Below are positions 28,120 through 38,859 of a stretch of 64,000 nucleotides of DNA, in pieces. The number at the start of each line of letters is the position of its first letter. The stretch's first letter is position 1. The stretch spans positions 18,353 to 82,352 of the forward strand of contig JBNKCR010000026.1 of the NCBI GenBank assembly GCA_050287845.1, written 5' to 3'. The position numbers were made by a program, and so were the translations under genes. The notes under the pieces were generated by a model. That model ran no database searches, was not told the origin of the DNA, and saw nothing but the letters and a program-made list of their open reading frames with translations. Origin of the DNA: Polyangia bacterium. Lineage in GTDB: Bacteria > Myxococcota_A > Polyangia > JAAYKL01.

Positions 28120-29235
28120 CTACTCAAAACGATTCAGAATTGGATGCCCAGCTTCTTTTAAATACTTCTCTTTCTCCATCAGGGAGATGTCGCTCTCCAT
28201 CATATCGGCCACCAGCGCATCCAAATCCGTCTCCGGCTGCCAGCCGAGTTTATCTTTTGCATTGGAGGCATCGCCAATGAGCAGGTCGACCTCGGTTGGT
28301 CTGAAATATCTGGGATCAACTGCCACCACTTCTCTGCCGGTTTCCACCTGGTAACGATCGTTGTCGCACGACTGCACAACGCCGGTTTCATTTATTCCCG
28401 CGCCGATAAATTCAATTTTCACCCCGATATGTGCGAACGCTTTCATCACAAAGTCGCGAATGGATGTGGTCACTCCTGTTGCGAGTACAAAATCGTCCGC
28501 TTCGCGGTGTTGCAGAATTCGCCACATCCCATCCACATAATCCCGCGCATGTCCCCAGTCTCTCTTCGCACCGAGATTACCGAGATAGAGCTTATCCTGA
28601 AGCCCCAGACCAATCTTGGCAACCGCTCTCGTAATCTTTCGGGTCACAAAAGTTTCTCCGCGAATGGGACTTTCATGATTGAAAAGAATCCCATTGGAAG
28701 CGAACATCCCATATGCTTCGCGATAATTCACAGTAATCCAATACGCGTAGAGCTTGGCAACTGCATACGGACTCCTGGGATAAAATGGCGTGTTTTCATC
28801 CTGAGGGACCGTCTGAACCAGACCGTACAGTTCACTGGTGGATGCCTGATAAATCCTGGTTTTTTCAACCATACCCAGAATCCTAACCGCCTCCAGAATT
28901 CGCAGGGTACCGAGACCATCTGCATTGGCAGTGTATTCCGGTGTATCAAAGCTGACATGAACATGACTCATGGCCGCAAGATTGTAGATTTCATCGGGTT
29001 GTACCTGTTGAATAATCCGAATTAAATTGGTGGAGTCCGTCATATCCCCGTAATGGAGAAAGAAACTGGAATTTTCTTCATGCGGTTCCTGATACAAGTG
29101 ATCAATGCGATCGGTATTAAAAAGGGAAGAACGGCGCTTTACGCCATGAACCTCATACCCTTTCGAGAGTAAAAGTTCTGACAGATAAGCGCCATCCTGG
29201 CCTGTTACGCCTGTGATCAATGCTTTTTTTCTCAT
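28120..29235 (-). CDS. gmd: GDP-mannose 4,6-dehydratase
   Basis: [52 protein letters not shown]. Confidence 0.98.
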   Translation of the reverse strand: MRKKALITGVTGQDGAYLSELLLSKGYEVHGVKRRSSLFNTDRIDHLYQEPHEENSSFFLHYGDMTDSTNLIRIIQQVQPDEIYNLAAMSHVHVSFDTPEYTANADGLGTLRILEAVRILGMVEKTRIYQASTSELYGLVQTVPQDENTPFYPRSPYAVAKLYAYWITVNYREAYGMFASNGILFNHESPIRGETFVTRKITRAVAKIGLGLQDKLYLGNLGAKRDWGHARDYVDGMWRILQHREADDFVLATGVTTSIRDFVMKAFAHIGVKIEFIGAGINETGVVQSCDNDRYQVETGREVVAVDPRYFRPTEVDLLIGDASNAKDKLGWQPETDLDALVADMMESDISLMEKEKYLKEAGHPILNRFE

Positions 29236-29540
29236 CCTGTTCACTTTCTCTGACAATTTCTGGAGTGTCCAGTGTGCTGCTCAGTGTTTCCAATCGCGCA
29301 TGATTGATTTTGAATAACTCTTATATAACAACAATGTACGCGAGCAAATCCGGTTTCTGACAAAAGCCAACGTTATTCCCATTGAAGCCCCTGAGGGGCT
29401 TTCGAATCACCTCTCTGCCGTCTCTTGTAAAATGAATTATTTTATGTTTACTTTCTGCACTCGTATTCGTAATCAATTGAATTGATTAATTACGCGCCCC
29501 TATTGCTATCAGGTGGGCATCAAATATCCTCAGGAAGAAC

Positions 29541-32500
29541 ATGTTCAAACCCTCATTTATTTTTCAGAGAAAAAAGCCTCGGCGCCCCGGAAAAAAAGAA
29601 ATACAGAAATCAATCGCGATACTGGAAAAAAGCGGACTGTTTGACGAGGCGTACTATCTTTCAGAATATCCGGATGTGGAACAAGCCAACGTTAAAGCTG
29701 TGCGCCACTTTCTGCTCTATGGCGGTTTTGAAGGTCGCAATCCCAACCCCTACTTCGATTCCACGCTGTATTTGTCGCAGTTTCCCCGTCTTGAGAAAAA
29801 GAGAATCAACCCACTGCTTGATTTCATTGAATCCAGAAAAAAAAACGTCACTGCCTACAAGAGAATAAACATCATCCGAAAAAGTGGATTATTCGATTCA
29901 GATTTTTATCTGGACAATAATCCCGGTTTAAAAAACTACCCCATTGACCCAATCGAGCATTTTTACTTTTTCGGCGCATACACGGGATGTGATCCCAATC
30001 CGAATTTCAACACATCAGTTTATCTTACCCATCACAGGCAAGTGAAGAAATCCGGCATCAACCCCCTGTATCACTGTATCGTTGAAGGCAGTCAAGACCA
30101 TAACGCTATAAACTCGTCCTACACAAACCTTTCTTCTGCAATCACACCGGCAATCCGGAAAGACATCGCATGCATTACGGAATCTGAGCTGTTTGATGCG
30201 GAATATTATGCTGCCGCCAATCTGAAAAATATTCCTGAGAAAATTGATCCGATATTGCATTTCTGCGTGTACGGATGGAAAGAAGGACGAAACCCCAATC
30301 GGGAATTCGACACCAATTTTTACCTGTCAGAATATCCGGATGTGGACGATGTCGGGATCAATCCGTTTGTTCACTGGATAAAAAAAGGTCGTTCCGAAGG
30401 ACGCCTCACTAACGAAATACGCATTTATCCACCAACTAAGCCGAGAGTAAATTCTCCGTCTCTCATCTTTGTATCTCATGAGGCAACCCAGACGGGAGCC
30501 CCCGCTGTACTTCTTACTCTGATGCGTTGGTTGAAGGAAAACACACAAATCAACTTCAGCATTGTGGTGGGCAGAAGTGGACCATGGAACTATAAATTCG
30601 AAGAGATGGCGCCCACCTTTTTTATCGATCTGGAATGTGAAAATCGCGAAACAAAACTCCGCACATTTTGCGGAGACCATGTTAAAGCGGTGTATCTCAA
30701 CACAATTGTCGCAGGCGAGTTCGTCAAACACTTTCATTTTTTGAATGCAGAGTTTGTCACTCACATTCATGAAATGGAGAACGTGTTCAAGATATTTGAA
30801 ATACATGTGGACGTCATCAAGAACATCTGCACCAAATACATCGCTGTCTCTGAAGGTTCAGTTGAATCCATTTCTAAAAGAGTTCCAAGCGGTTCCGCTG
30901 ATATTCTGCTACTACGGCCGTTTATTGAACCGAAACGCAAGCCTGGTAAACCCATTCCAAAACCATCCGAAAAAAAAGCCATCTTTGGATGCGGTCCCAC
31001 TGAACTGCGCAAGGGATTTGATCTGTTCTGCCAGGTTGCAAGTCAGTTGAAGGCGGATGGCCGAAACGACTTTCATATGTACTGGATAGGTTCCGGAACC
31101 CAAACGGACCTGAATGCCGATGAAGTCATCGAGTCATCGAATGTAGCCGACGTTGTTTCGTTCCTCGGTCCTAAAAAGTATCCCAGGGACTATTTTGAAT
31201 GGGGAAGTATCTTTTTGCTGACATCCCGAGAAGATCCCCATCCCCTTGTATGTCTGGAAGCCGCCGAATGTGGGATGCCGATTGTCTGCTTCGACGATCA
31301 GGCTGGCAGCATTCATACGTTTGTTGAAGAAGATGCCGGCAAGGTCACACCATATCTGGACATAGACAGAATGACCGAAGCGGTCACCCACTATCTGGAT
31401 GACGACACGGCTCGTGTTGCTGCCGGGCAGGCAGGTCGCAAAAAAGTACTGGATAAGTATTACGTCAATAACGCAGCACCTCAAATTCTGTCGTTCCTGC
31501 CTTCATCCGTTTTCGAATCGTTCGATACTGGCGATGAGATTGAGAATCTGAAGGTACTGATAGATAAATACAACGCCATTTCATTCGACATCTTTGACAC
31601 ACTCGTCGTTCGAAAGGTAACCGACCCCAATATTGCTTTTGATATTGTGGAGAGAAAGCTCAGTAAAAACGAACCTGTTCCCATTCCATTCCACCAGGAA
31701 AGAATGAGCACCGCCGGTCGCGTTCTCGGCAGTTACAAGGGAAAAAGAGATGATGTTTCTCTTACGGAAATATATCAGCAGATGCCGTTTCACAAGGACC
31801 CATCGGTTGAAAGAGAAACTGAAATGGCTCTCTGTACCGCGCATCCAACAGGGATTCAGCTCTTCAGGTACGCTCAAGAGAAAAACAAAACAATTTTTCT
31901 CACCAGCGACATGTATCTGGACAAAGAAACCGTTACGTCCATCCTCAAGAACACTGGCATTGAGGGATGGGCCGGGTTGCTTCTGTCTTCGGATATGGGT
32001 AAAAAGAAGGACACTGGCAGACTGTACATTGAACTTGTCCGGCACGCGGCAAAACAGAAAGTGTCAAAAGATAAGATACTCCATATCGGCGACAACTGGA
32101 AAGGCGATGTGGAATATGCCAGAAAAGCAGGAATTGCCTGCGCGCGATTCACGCCTCTGTATGACAGGGATTACCAACTGTGTCCCCTGACAGATAAAGC
32201 GCGCTCTGAAATGTCCCAGACCGGACGAATATGGGAGAGCTTCTGTTCTCAGGCGGCCCGCCACTGGTTGGAAGAGCGCCCGCATATGCTCCCGGAAATT
32301 TTCATCCGACTGGGGTACGAATTGACCGGACCGATGGCGATGATGTCCGCTATTCATACGCACGACATCGCCAAACTGTATGGGGCTGAACAAATAGTGT
32401 TCATGGCCAGAGATGGTCGCATTATCAAAAAAGCATTTGATAGACTCTACGAAACGGAACTGAAAAATAAAACTATCGAATCCAAATATCTGCACCTGTC

Positions 32501-34472
32501 GCGGTCTACAGTAATCAATGCCACGTTGCAGCATCCGCTTTCCCCCAATGACATCTACCTGCTGATGGACGGTATTCACTTGAATCAGAAGTCCGTCGGG
32601 TATTTCCTTGAAAAAGCAAACCTCGACGTAACTTCATTGCAGGTAAAAAAGACCGTGAGGAATTATTTCAAATCCATAGATAGCATTCCGGTATGGAAGG
32701 ATTTGACAAAACTGTCTGAATTGCTGACCGAACTGTCCGCAGCAATTCATTCGGCCAATGAGGAATCCCGCCATCTACTGAAGCAATACTTGCAGGACAA
32801 TGGCATGTTCGAAAATACCAGAATCGTCTTTGCAGATGTGGGGTGGTTGTTGAACATTCAATCCAGAATTTGCGCATTCCTGAAGCAACACGGCGCGCCT
32901 GGAACTATCATTGGCAGCTATGTGGGCTCAAGATCTCGTGAGTCCAAAGGAATTTTGCGTCATTGCCTGCTTTATGCGGGCGGCGAGCCCAAACACTATG
33001 CTATGCCATTTGAAAAAAATATTACCCTTGCTGAACTGCTCTTCTCGGCACCGGAGGCCCCTGCGTTATCTCTTGGCAACGAAGACGGCTCTGTTGCAAT
33101 CAATTTTGCCAAAAATAACGAGTTCGATGACCGTTCAGAATTTGTGATTGCCCAGAAACTTCATTATGGCGCAGAGAAATTCATTCAATGGTTCTGCGAA
33201 AACTACGATTCTGTAATGCTGGAGCAGCCTCCCAGGGACTTTTTTGCTGGCATCTTTGATGCCCTTCTGCATACAACCAACCAAAATGTTCGAGCGGAAT
33301 TGTCAAATCTGAGCATTCTGCTTGGTGGTGGTCATGAATTCGAAACCAGGCAATCACTCCTGGCTTCACCCACGGGCGTTCGATACGTTCATCGGTCTCA
33401 TCCCGAATATTTCGATCCGATTATTTACGAAGGCGCTGCCTACCGAAAAGTGACGATCGTCACATCAGCGGGTCTGGACAATGGCTCCACCCGTTATCGG
33501 GCACTGAATCTCGCCGAGCGCTTATCTGAGCATGGTATTCAGGCCACTGTAATCCATTCTGAAACACCGCCATTGCTGGCTCAGCGACATATCGACGAGT
33601 CTCAATGTGTGGTTTTCCAACGCTGTTTTCAGGATCAGGGGAATGTGGGCCAATTCCTCTCACATGTGAAGTCCACCAGCAAGCGATGCCTGATGGACAT
33701 GGATGATCTGGTGTTTCCGGACACTGTTTCAGTAATTGGTTCCGTAAAAGGGGGGCAATGGCCGTTGCGGCACGCTGAAAAAATTGCCCGTCTCTATGAA
33801 GGAATGCTGGTCGAAATGGACGGTTGTTTTGTATCCACCCCCGCGATACAGGCATTTATTGAAGAAAAATACAACCTACCCTGCCAAGTCGTGCGCAACA
33901 GAGTCTCTCGCACATATTTGCACCCACCCCGTATTGTACCCCCCACGGGGTCACTTAAAGTGATTTATGCGTCCGGTACTATGTCGCACCGGGAGGATTT
34001 TTTAGTCGTTGGCAATCAGTTGTACGAATTCTTCTCAAAACATACAAACGCATCTTTAACGATTCTTGGCGCAACCCAGGTATCAGCGCAGATTCTCTCA
34101 CTACCTACTGTCAAAAACTATCCGGTACTTCCATATGATGAAATGCTGAGTTGCATTGCTGAACACGATTTGATGATCGTTCCATTGGAAGACAATATCT
34201 TCAATCACGCAAAATCCGCTGTTAAATTTGTTGAATGTGCAGCAGTGAATGTTCCGGTACTGGCGTCAAAAGTCAGCGAATTTGAGTTGCACATTGACCA
34301 CATGAAAAATGGTCTTCTGGCGCAGACCGAAGATGAATGGAGAGAGCTGTTGCAGTGGGCATTGGCACATCCGGCAGAGTTGAAGAAGATGGGTGTGAAC
34401 GCTTGTTCAAGTTGTTCCCAACAGCCCCTCTCTCAGTACAACGATACAGCACTGACGAAATTTATCATTTGA
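29541..34472 (+). CDS. Multidomain capsule polymerase-like protein: N-terminal repeats, GT4, HAD phosphatase with PRTase-like (ribofuranosyltransferase-like) module, GT4-like
   Basis: FD..YY...YPDV repeats; VSHEA..TGAP / RKGFD / SREDP.PLVCLEA (GT4); SFDIFDT, SDMY, HIGDN..GD (HAD); MARDG and DVGW (gPRT-like); C-terminal DMDD / KSAVKFVE GT-B. Confidence 0.85.
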   Translation: MFKPSFIFQRKKPRRPGKKEIQKSIAILEKSGLFDEAYYLSEYPDVEQANVKAVRHFLLYGGFEGRNPNPYFDSTLYLSQFPRLEKKRINPLLDFIESRKKNVTAYKRINIIRKSGLFDSDFYLDNNPGLKNYPIDPIEHFYFFGAYTGCDPNPNFNTSVYLTHHRQVKKSGINPLYHCIVEGSQDHNAINSSYTNLSSAITPAIRKDIACITESELFDAEYYAAANLKNIPEKIDPILHFCVYGWKEGRNPNREFDTNFYLSEYPDVDDVGINPFVHWIKKGRSEGRLTNEIRIYPPTKPRVNSPSLIFVSHEATQTGAPAVLLTLMRWLKENTQINFSIVVGRSGPWNYKFEEMAPTFFIDLECENRETKLRTFCGDHVKAVYLNTIVAGEFVKHFHFLNAEFVTHIHEMENVFKIFEIHVDVIKNICTKYIAVSEGSVESISKRVPSGSADILLLRPFIEPKRKPGKPIPKPSEKKAIFGCGPTELRKGFDLFCQVASQLKADGRNDFHMYWIGSGTQTDLNADEVIESSNVADVVSFLGPKKYPRDYFEWGSIFLLTSREDPHPLVCLEAAECGMPIVCFDDQAGSIHTFVEEDAGKVTPYLDIDRMTEAVTHYLDDDTARVAAGQAGRKKVLDKYYVNNAAPQILSFLPSSVFESFDTGDEIENLKVLIDKYNAISFDIFDTLVVRKVTDPNIAFDIVERKLSKNEPVPIPFHQERMSTAGRVLGSYKGKRDDVSLTEIYQQMPFHKDPSVERETEMALCTAHPTGIQLFRYAQEKNKTIFLTSDMYLDKETVTSILKNTGIEGWAGLLLSSDMGKKKDTGRLYIELVRHAAKQKVSKDKILHIGDNWKGDVEYARKAGIACARFTPLYDRDYQLCPLTDKARSEMSQTGRIWESFCSQAARHWLEERPHMLPEIFIRLGYELTGPMAMMSAIHTHDIAKLYGAEQIVFMARDGRIIKKAFDRLYETELKNKTIESKYLHLSRSTVINATLQHPLSPNDIYLLMDGIHLNQKSVGYFLEKANLDVTSLQVKKTVRNYFKSIDSIPVWKDLTKLSELLTELSAAIHSANEESRHLLKQYLQDNGMFENTRIVFADVGWLLNIQSRICAFLKQHGAPGTIIGSYVGSRSRESKGILRHCLLYAGGEPKHYAMPFEKNITLAELLFSAPEAPALSLGNEDGSVAINFAKNNEFDDRSEFVIAQKLHYGAEKFIQWFCENYDSVMLEQPPRDFFAGIFDALLHTTNQNVRAELSNLSILLGGGHEFETRQSLLASPTGVRYVHRSHPEYFDPIIYEGAAYRKVTIVTSAGLDNGSTRYRALNLAERLSEHGIQATVIHSETPPLLAQRHIDESQCVVFQRCFQDQGNVGQFLSHVKSTSKRCLMDMDDLVFPDTVSVIGSVKGGQWPLRHAEKIARLYEGMLVEMDGCFVSTPAIQAFIEEKYNLPCQVVRNRVSRTYLHPPRIVPPTGSLKVIYASGTMSHREDFLVVGNQLYEFFSKHTNASLTILGATQVSAQILSLPTVKNYPVLPYDEMLSCIAEHDLMIVPLEDNIFNHAKSAVKFVECAAVNVPVLASKVSEFELHIDHMKNGLLAQTEDEWRELLQWALAHPAELKKMGVNACSSCSQQPLSQYNDTALTKFII

Positions 34473-34483
34473 GAGTATATTTA

Positions 34484-36040
34484 ATGAAACCTAAAAAACT
34501 ATTCATTCATATAGGAATGCCCAAAACGGGTAGCAGTGCCATTCAAGCCTTGCTTGCTTTAAATCCTGACTATTTACGACAACAACATTTTGAATTTCCA
34601 TGGCCTCCGAAGTTTGGTCAGGCATATCAGACCAGTGCCGGGAATGCAGCCCATTTGCATGAATGGATTGTGCAATCAGGAGCCGAACGGTTCAACAAAG
34701 CGATTAGTAATCTGGATTCATCAAAAGTTGTGTTATCATCGGAGATACTCTTTCACACCGTCCGTTTGCATCCTGAAAAATTTTCGACTTTTTTCAGCTC
34801 CTATGATGTTAAAGTCATCTGCTATATAAGAAAAATGGACGATTTTCTTGAAAGCTGTGTCAATCAGCTTGTGAAGAACCACGGGTTAATCGACTATTCC
34901 AATTTAAGTCCAATTATCAAGGAACATGATTACGCTACAACGCTCTTGAATCTGGTCCAGCACATGGCCCCTGAAAGAATAGAGATACGCAAGTATGATA
35001 GAGATACTTTTGTTGGCGGGAATATCTATTCTGATTTTGCTGCCAGCATAGGCCTGGACCTCAATTCCAATAATAAGGAAATAAATTGGCCAGGAAAAGT
35101 GATTAACCCATCCTTCGATTTTAATACCTTCCAATTCCGACGCCTATTGAATGACGCGCAATTCGATATCAACGACAACGAATTGCGTTACCAAACCAAT
35201 GGAATTTTAGCAGAGTTCAGCGTTCAAGCAGATGAATTGAAAGTACCATTCATAGAGTACAGCGAAAAAGAAAACATTTTGAAGGAATTTTCAAAAAAGG
35301 AAATAGAACTCAGCAAGATGTTCCGAGGAGTGAGCGAAACGTACTTTTCAACCAAGCCTACTTCTGCGGGATCACCTCCGAAAGAATACTCACCGGAAAG
35401 CATTGGAGAAATACTGCGCTTTGTGTATCGAAGGAACCCAGATACTTTTTTCAAAATTCTAGATGGCACAATCGCGTCATTCAACAATAATCGGGCGAAT
35501 CAACTCATGGTTGCTATCCGAACGAAATTCTTGCCCACTTTTTTCTCGGAGGATCACTCTAAGGAGGAACAAGCGAGGGTCCTTGCCTACATAACAAGTA
35601 TACTTCCGCCAGTGCTTCTCATAACCGGAGACAATTTCCACCGTCTTATTCACCGGAAGAGCAAAGATATTGCTGGCATATCTCGAACTTTTTCTTCCGG
35701 ATTCATTGTGGAAGCAAATGCTGAAGATCCGTACTTTTCCATTGCGCCAGTCCGACCCTCAGAAACAGATTTCTATGTTGTCAAGATATGTGTGTCCGTT
35801 ACTCACGACACCACGTTGCAGCTGTTTTATCAAACTCACGAGCAACGCACATTCACCAGATTTTGCTCAGAGCTGCGAAAGATTCAAATTGGATATAATG
35901 AGGTCAGTGTTGTGATATCCAATAAGCAGTTCAATGGTAACATCAGAATTGACCCCGGTATGCATCAAGGGGAATACATTTTTCATAGTATTGCTGTGTT
36001 CGCAGAAACCGACACCTCATCGCGCATAGAGGAAATCTAA
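34484..36040 (+). CDS. Sulfotransferase-like P-loop protein with a C-terminal beta (CBM-like) domain
   Basis: ATG at 34484; IHIGMPKTGSSAIQ 5'-PSB-like motif, LSSE, YIR....ES..NQ.VK; C-terminal DPYF...LQLFY...RIDPG. Confidence 0.7.
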   Translation: MKPKKLFIHIGMPKTGSSAIQALLALNPDYLRQQHFEFPWPPKFGQAYQTSAGNAAHLHEWIVQSGAERFNKAISNLDSSKVVLSSEILFHTVRLHPEKFSTFFSSYDVKVICYIRKMDDFLESCVNQLVKNHGLIDYSNLSPIIKEHDYATTLLNLVQHMAPERIEIRKYDRDTFVGGNIYSDFAASIGLDLNSNNKEINWPGKVINPSFDFNTFQFRRLLNDAQFDINDNELRYQTNGILAEFSVQADELKVPFIEYSEKENILKEFSKKEIELSKMFRGVSETYFSTKPTSAGSPPKEYSPESIGEILRFVYRRNPDTFFKILDGTIASFNNNRANQLMVAIRTKFLPTFFSEDHSKEEQARVLAYITSILPPVLLITGDNFHRLIHRKSKDIAGISRTFSSGFIVEANAEDPYFSIAPVRPSETDFYVVKICVSVTHDTTLQLFYQTHEQRTFTRFCSELRKIQIGYNEVSVVISNKQFNGNIRIDPGMHQGEYIFHSIAVFAETDTSSRIEEI

Positions 36041-36196
36041 CCTATTTACGAATAAAGATCGCTTTCATCAGTGGTGTGAAAGAATCTGTTGTGCGCCAGT
36101 TGCTTTTCACTTTCTTGTATACAAAGATCAAGCGCTGAACAGATGCACACAAAATGCCGAGGGATACTGCTGACTTGTAGTGACCAAAAATTTATT

Positions 36197-37147
36197 TCAA
36201 AAAAAAAGAAGCTTCTTTCCAAACAATCGAAATTTGCGGATCAATTCATTTTGACTTTCCTTTTTAACAATCTGCCTACGTTCCTTGCTGTACTGCTCAC
36301 ATTTTTTACCCACAAAAACTCGGCCAGCGTCAAGTTTCCTCGCCTCATCCATAATAATTTTCGCAGTATGCAGATCACCTTTTTTTTCGAAACATAATGC
36401 TGTTCTGCACATGATATCAACTGGCTCGTCTCCTGAAAAGGCCCTGAGATAAAAGAATGGCGATACTTTCATATATTTTCCCAATATCTCGAACCATCGA
36501 TCTTTATCCCCCGCATCAACTGCTTTTTCATAAGAGTTAAAAAAACTTACATCTTCAACGAATAGTCTCGAGTGTCTGTATTCCAGCTTCTGGTCTGGTG
36601 TTTTAACAAGAAGAAAACTGAAATCCAAGCCTGGATATTTTTGTTCAACAACATGAATAAATCGCTCGATTGGCTCAAAATCTCCCCTATTCGATTTGTA
36701 CACAAAAAGGACCTTCTGGTTGCCAGTCAACTGCTTCTTAAATCTTTCGACAAGATAAGAAATCTTTGAATACTCTTTCTGATAATCTTCTGAGTAGTTT
36801 TCCGAATCGACTTCAAAACCATTTTCCGTTTGGCGAATAGCAAACTTCACATGAAAGCCAATTGAATACCTGCGGCAGGTCACGCCACGAATAGACGTCG
36901 GAAAGACATCTTTAAAAAAACCCTCAAAGTCATTTTCGATTAGAGAAACAACGTTCGACAATCTGCTGGCTGCATATCGGAAAAGCGATCCTTTTACAAA
37001 ACCAGCCCTTGTTAGTTGTGCTCCCAACTCGCAGTTGTCGCCAACAGGAATAATGATTTCGTGTGTACCGGTATTTGATAGTATATTCTGTATAATTAAT
37101 TTTCTTGGATAACTATAGCACATTGATTTCACCCATGTATTTGGCAT
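36197..37147 (-). CDS. DUF1796-like protein with a C-terminal helical (TPR-like) tail
   Basis: PVGDNCE...SLF, FH, K..YL.ERF...L....LFV pattern; the C-terminal DI...ALCFEK.GD..TA..IM..A tail is of the kind seen in capsule-locus proteins. Confidence 0.55.
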   Translation of the reverse strand: MPNTWVKSMCYSYPRKLIIQNILSNTGTHEIIIPVGDNCELGAQLTRAGFVKGSLFRYAASRLSNVVSLIENDFEGFFKDVFPTSIRGVTCRRYSIGFHVKFAIRQTENGFEVDSENYSEDYQKEYSKISYLVERFKKQLTGNQKVLFVYKSNRGDFEPIERFIHVVEQKYPGLDFSFLLVKTPDQKLEYRHSRLFVEDVSFFNSYEKAVDAGDKDRWFEILGKYMKVSPFFYLRAFSGDEPVDIMCRTALCFEKKGDLHTAKIIMDEARKLDAGRVFVGKKCEQYSKERRQIVKKESQNELIRKFRLFGKKLLFF

Positions 37148-37299
37148 TTGCGAAAAGAATTAACAGGATTCCACATCAGTGCCAACATCCAAAAAAGTAA
37201 CCGCCAAAAATTTTAACATCCTGCTTCTCGGGGGGCTAATGCCTGAGTCGGCACTTTCGCACAACCGAATTTCTTTACATGTTTTCCTGTGGCTTCATC

Positions 37300-37560
37300 A
37301 TATAGCCAGTACAAATGCTCAACCGAATCCAGACTCTGCATTGGATTTTCGATGTGAAATCCGTGGTGTCGTTTATCGATATTATATGTCTTCAGGTCTT
37401 TCCAATGTGAATAACACATAACATCAATGGGGGGAACTCTCATATTTACAAATGTCTGCACACCAAAGTCGAACATAAGCCAGGCAACTTTTCCGGCAGG
37501 GACACATTGGTCATGTAGCTTTCCGTGAGCAACCAGTTACACATATTTCTCAATAACTCC
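37300..37560 (-). pseudogene. Possible degenerate ISL3-family transposase N-terminal remnant
   Basis: Reads LHD....W..FDFGVQTFVNMRVP.ID..C.SH.K.LKT, resembling the ISL3 zinc-finger region HD...WRHLD...T.L.ARVPRV.C..HG.KT. No ends were found. Confidence 0.35.
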
Positions 37561-37990
37561 GTGTCTGTTTCATATCTGCACTCACACGAATGATTACACA
37601 CCGCCGCAGGTCTCCATCGTCATCCGGACTTGCCTTTCCATATCGACCTTCTTTTCAAATCCTCGACAATTCCAGCATCATCCAGCGTCTCTCCATATTC
37701 CATTTCACCTCTCAATCAGTGTTGGCCACGAAAGCCCGCACTTGCCGTCCCGCATCACTTTCCCATTTCTTCTTTCCTGTCACTTTGATACATGACGTTT
37801 TCACTGGATCTATGGACTCAAGAAGAGTATAAAATTCTACTTTAATAACGAGTTAGATCGAAGCAATCGCACATTCGGATGACATATAGAATTTATCCGT
37901 TTCAAATGGAGAAAATTGAAATCCCCCTTGGGGCACATTCGATACTCAAAGAAGTTCCTCACCCCATAAAATAGATACAGGAGATATTTG

Positions 37991-38644
37991 ATGTTAACAA
38001 AAGATGTAATGAATGGCATTGCTACTGAGCTTAGATTTTGGAAATGGTTTGTTCAACAGAAAAATTTCATTGAAGGATGGATACCGAGTGACCGCAAAAC
38101 TCCTGACCTCAGGCCAGAGATATACAATTATTTTTTAGGTCTTGATAATATTAAGAACTTAAAAGTTCTTGATATTGGCTCAGGTGTGATTTCCGTATTG
38201 AATGGAACCTTCCCCTTAAAAAATATTACTACTGTTGATCCGCTGGGCGCGCTCTATTCGATTATTTTTGATTATGAACGATATGGTCATACTCCTCCAA
38301 TATCTTGCGGCGGCGAAGAGATCGATTTCGAGGCATCTTTCGATATCGTACATATCAGCAACGCAATAGATCACTCTCAGAATCCATCTGAAGTATTTCG
38401 GCGAATGAAAATAGCGTGTAAACCAGAAGGATTAATTGTTGTACAAGGCTTCGTGAACGAAGCTATAGAAGAAAACTGGCGGGGATTTCATCAATGGAAC
38501 TTTCAAATGAAACCAACTGGCCAGGTCGTATACAGCGGACGAGATATGAACGAAATATATCTTGACGGTGGCTTGCAGGTATTTACCGCCCTTAGCTCCC
38601 TTTCTAAAAAGGATTGGTTTATCAGTGTATGGAAAAATATTTAA
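37991..38644 (+). CDS. Class I SAM-dependent methyltransferase
   Basis: VLDIGSG, VDPL, FDIVHISNAIDH, GFHQWNF. Confidence 0.85.
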   Translation: MLTKDVMNGIATELRFWKWFVQQKNFIEGWIPSDRKTPDLRPEIYNYFLGLDNIKNLKVLDIGSGVISVLNGTFPLKNITTVDPLGALYSIIFDYERYGHTPPISCGGEEIDFEASFDIVHISNAIDHSQNPSEVFRRMKIACKPEGLIVVQGFVNEAIEENWRGFHQWNFQMKPTGQVVYSGRDMNEIYLDGGLQVFTALSSLSKKDWFISVWKNI

Positions 38645-38859
38645 TTCTTCCACAATTTTGAGGTGATGCCCGTGACCTTCTTGTCGTAATCTTTGCTTTC
38701 TCATCGTCTCAGTTCTATGAAATCAGGGCACGACCATATGAAAATTTTCGAGTTGGAATAAAGGTATCAAGCTGAACTGCTTCTTTTGAACGGCGTATTG
38801 TCGAATCCATCATGGAAATTGTCGATCAAATGTAACATCGTCAACAAACAGAAACCCGG

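Noticed and set aside
29385..29401. AAGCCCC-TGA-GGGGCTT hairpin in the divergent gmd/GT spacer
   Set aside because: A single 7-bp stem with no second copy; no function can be assigned.
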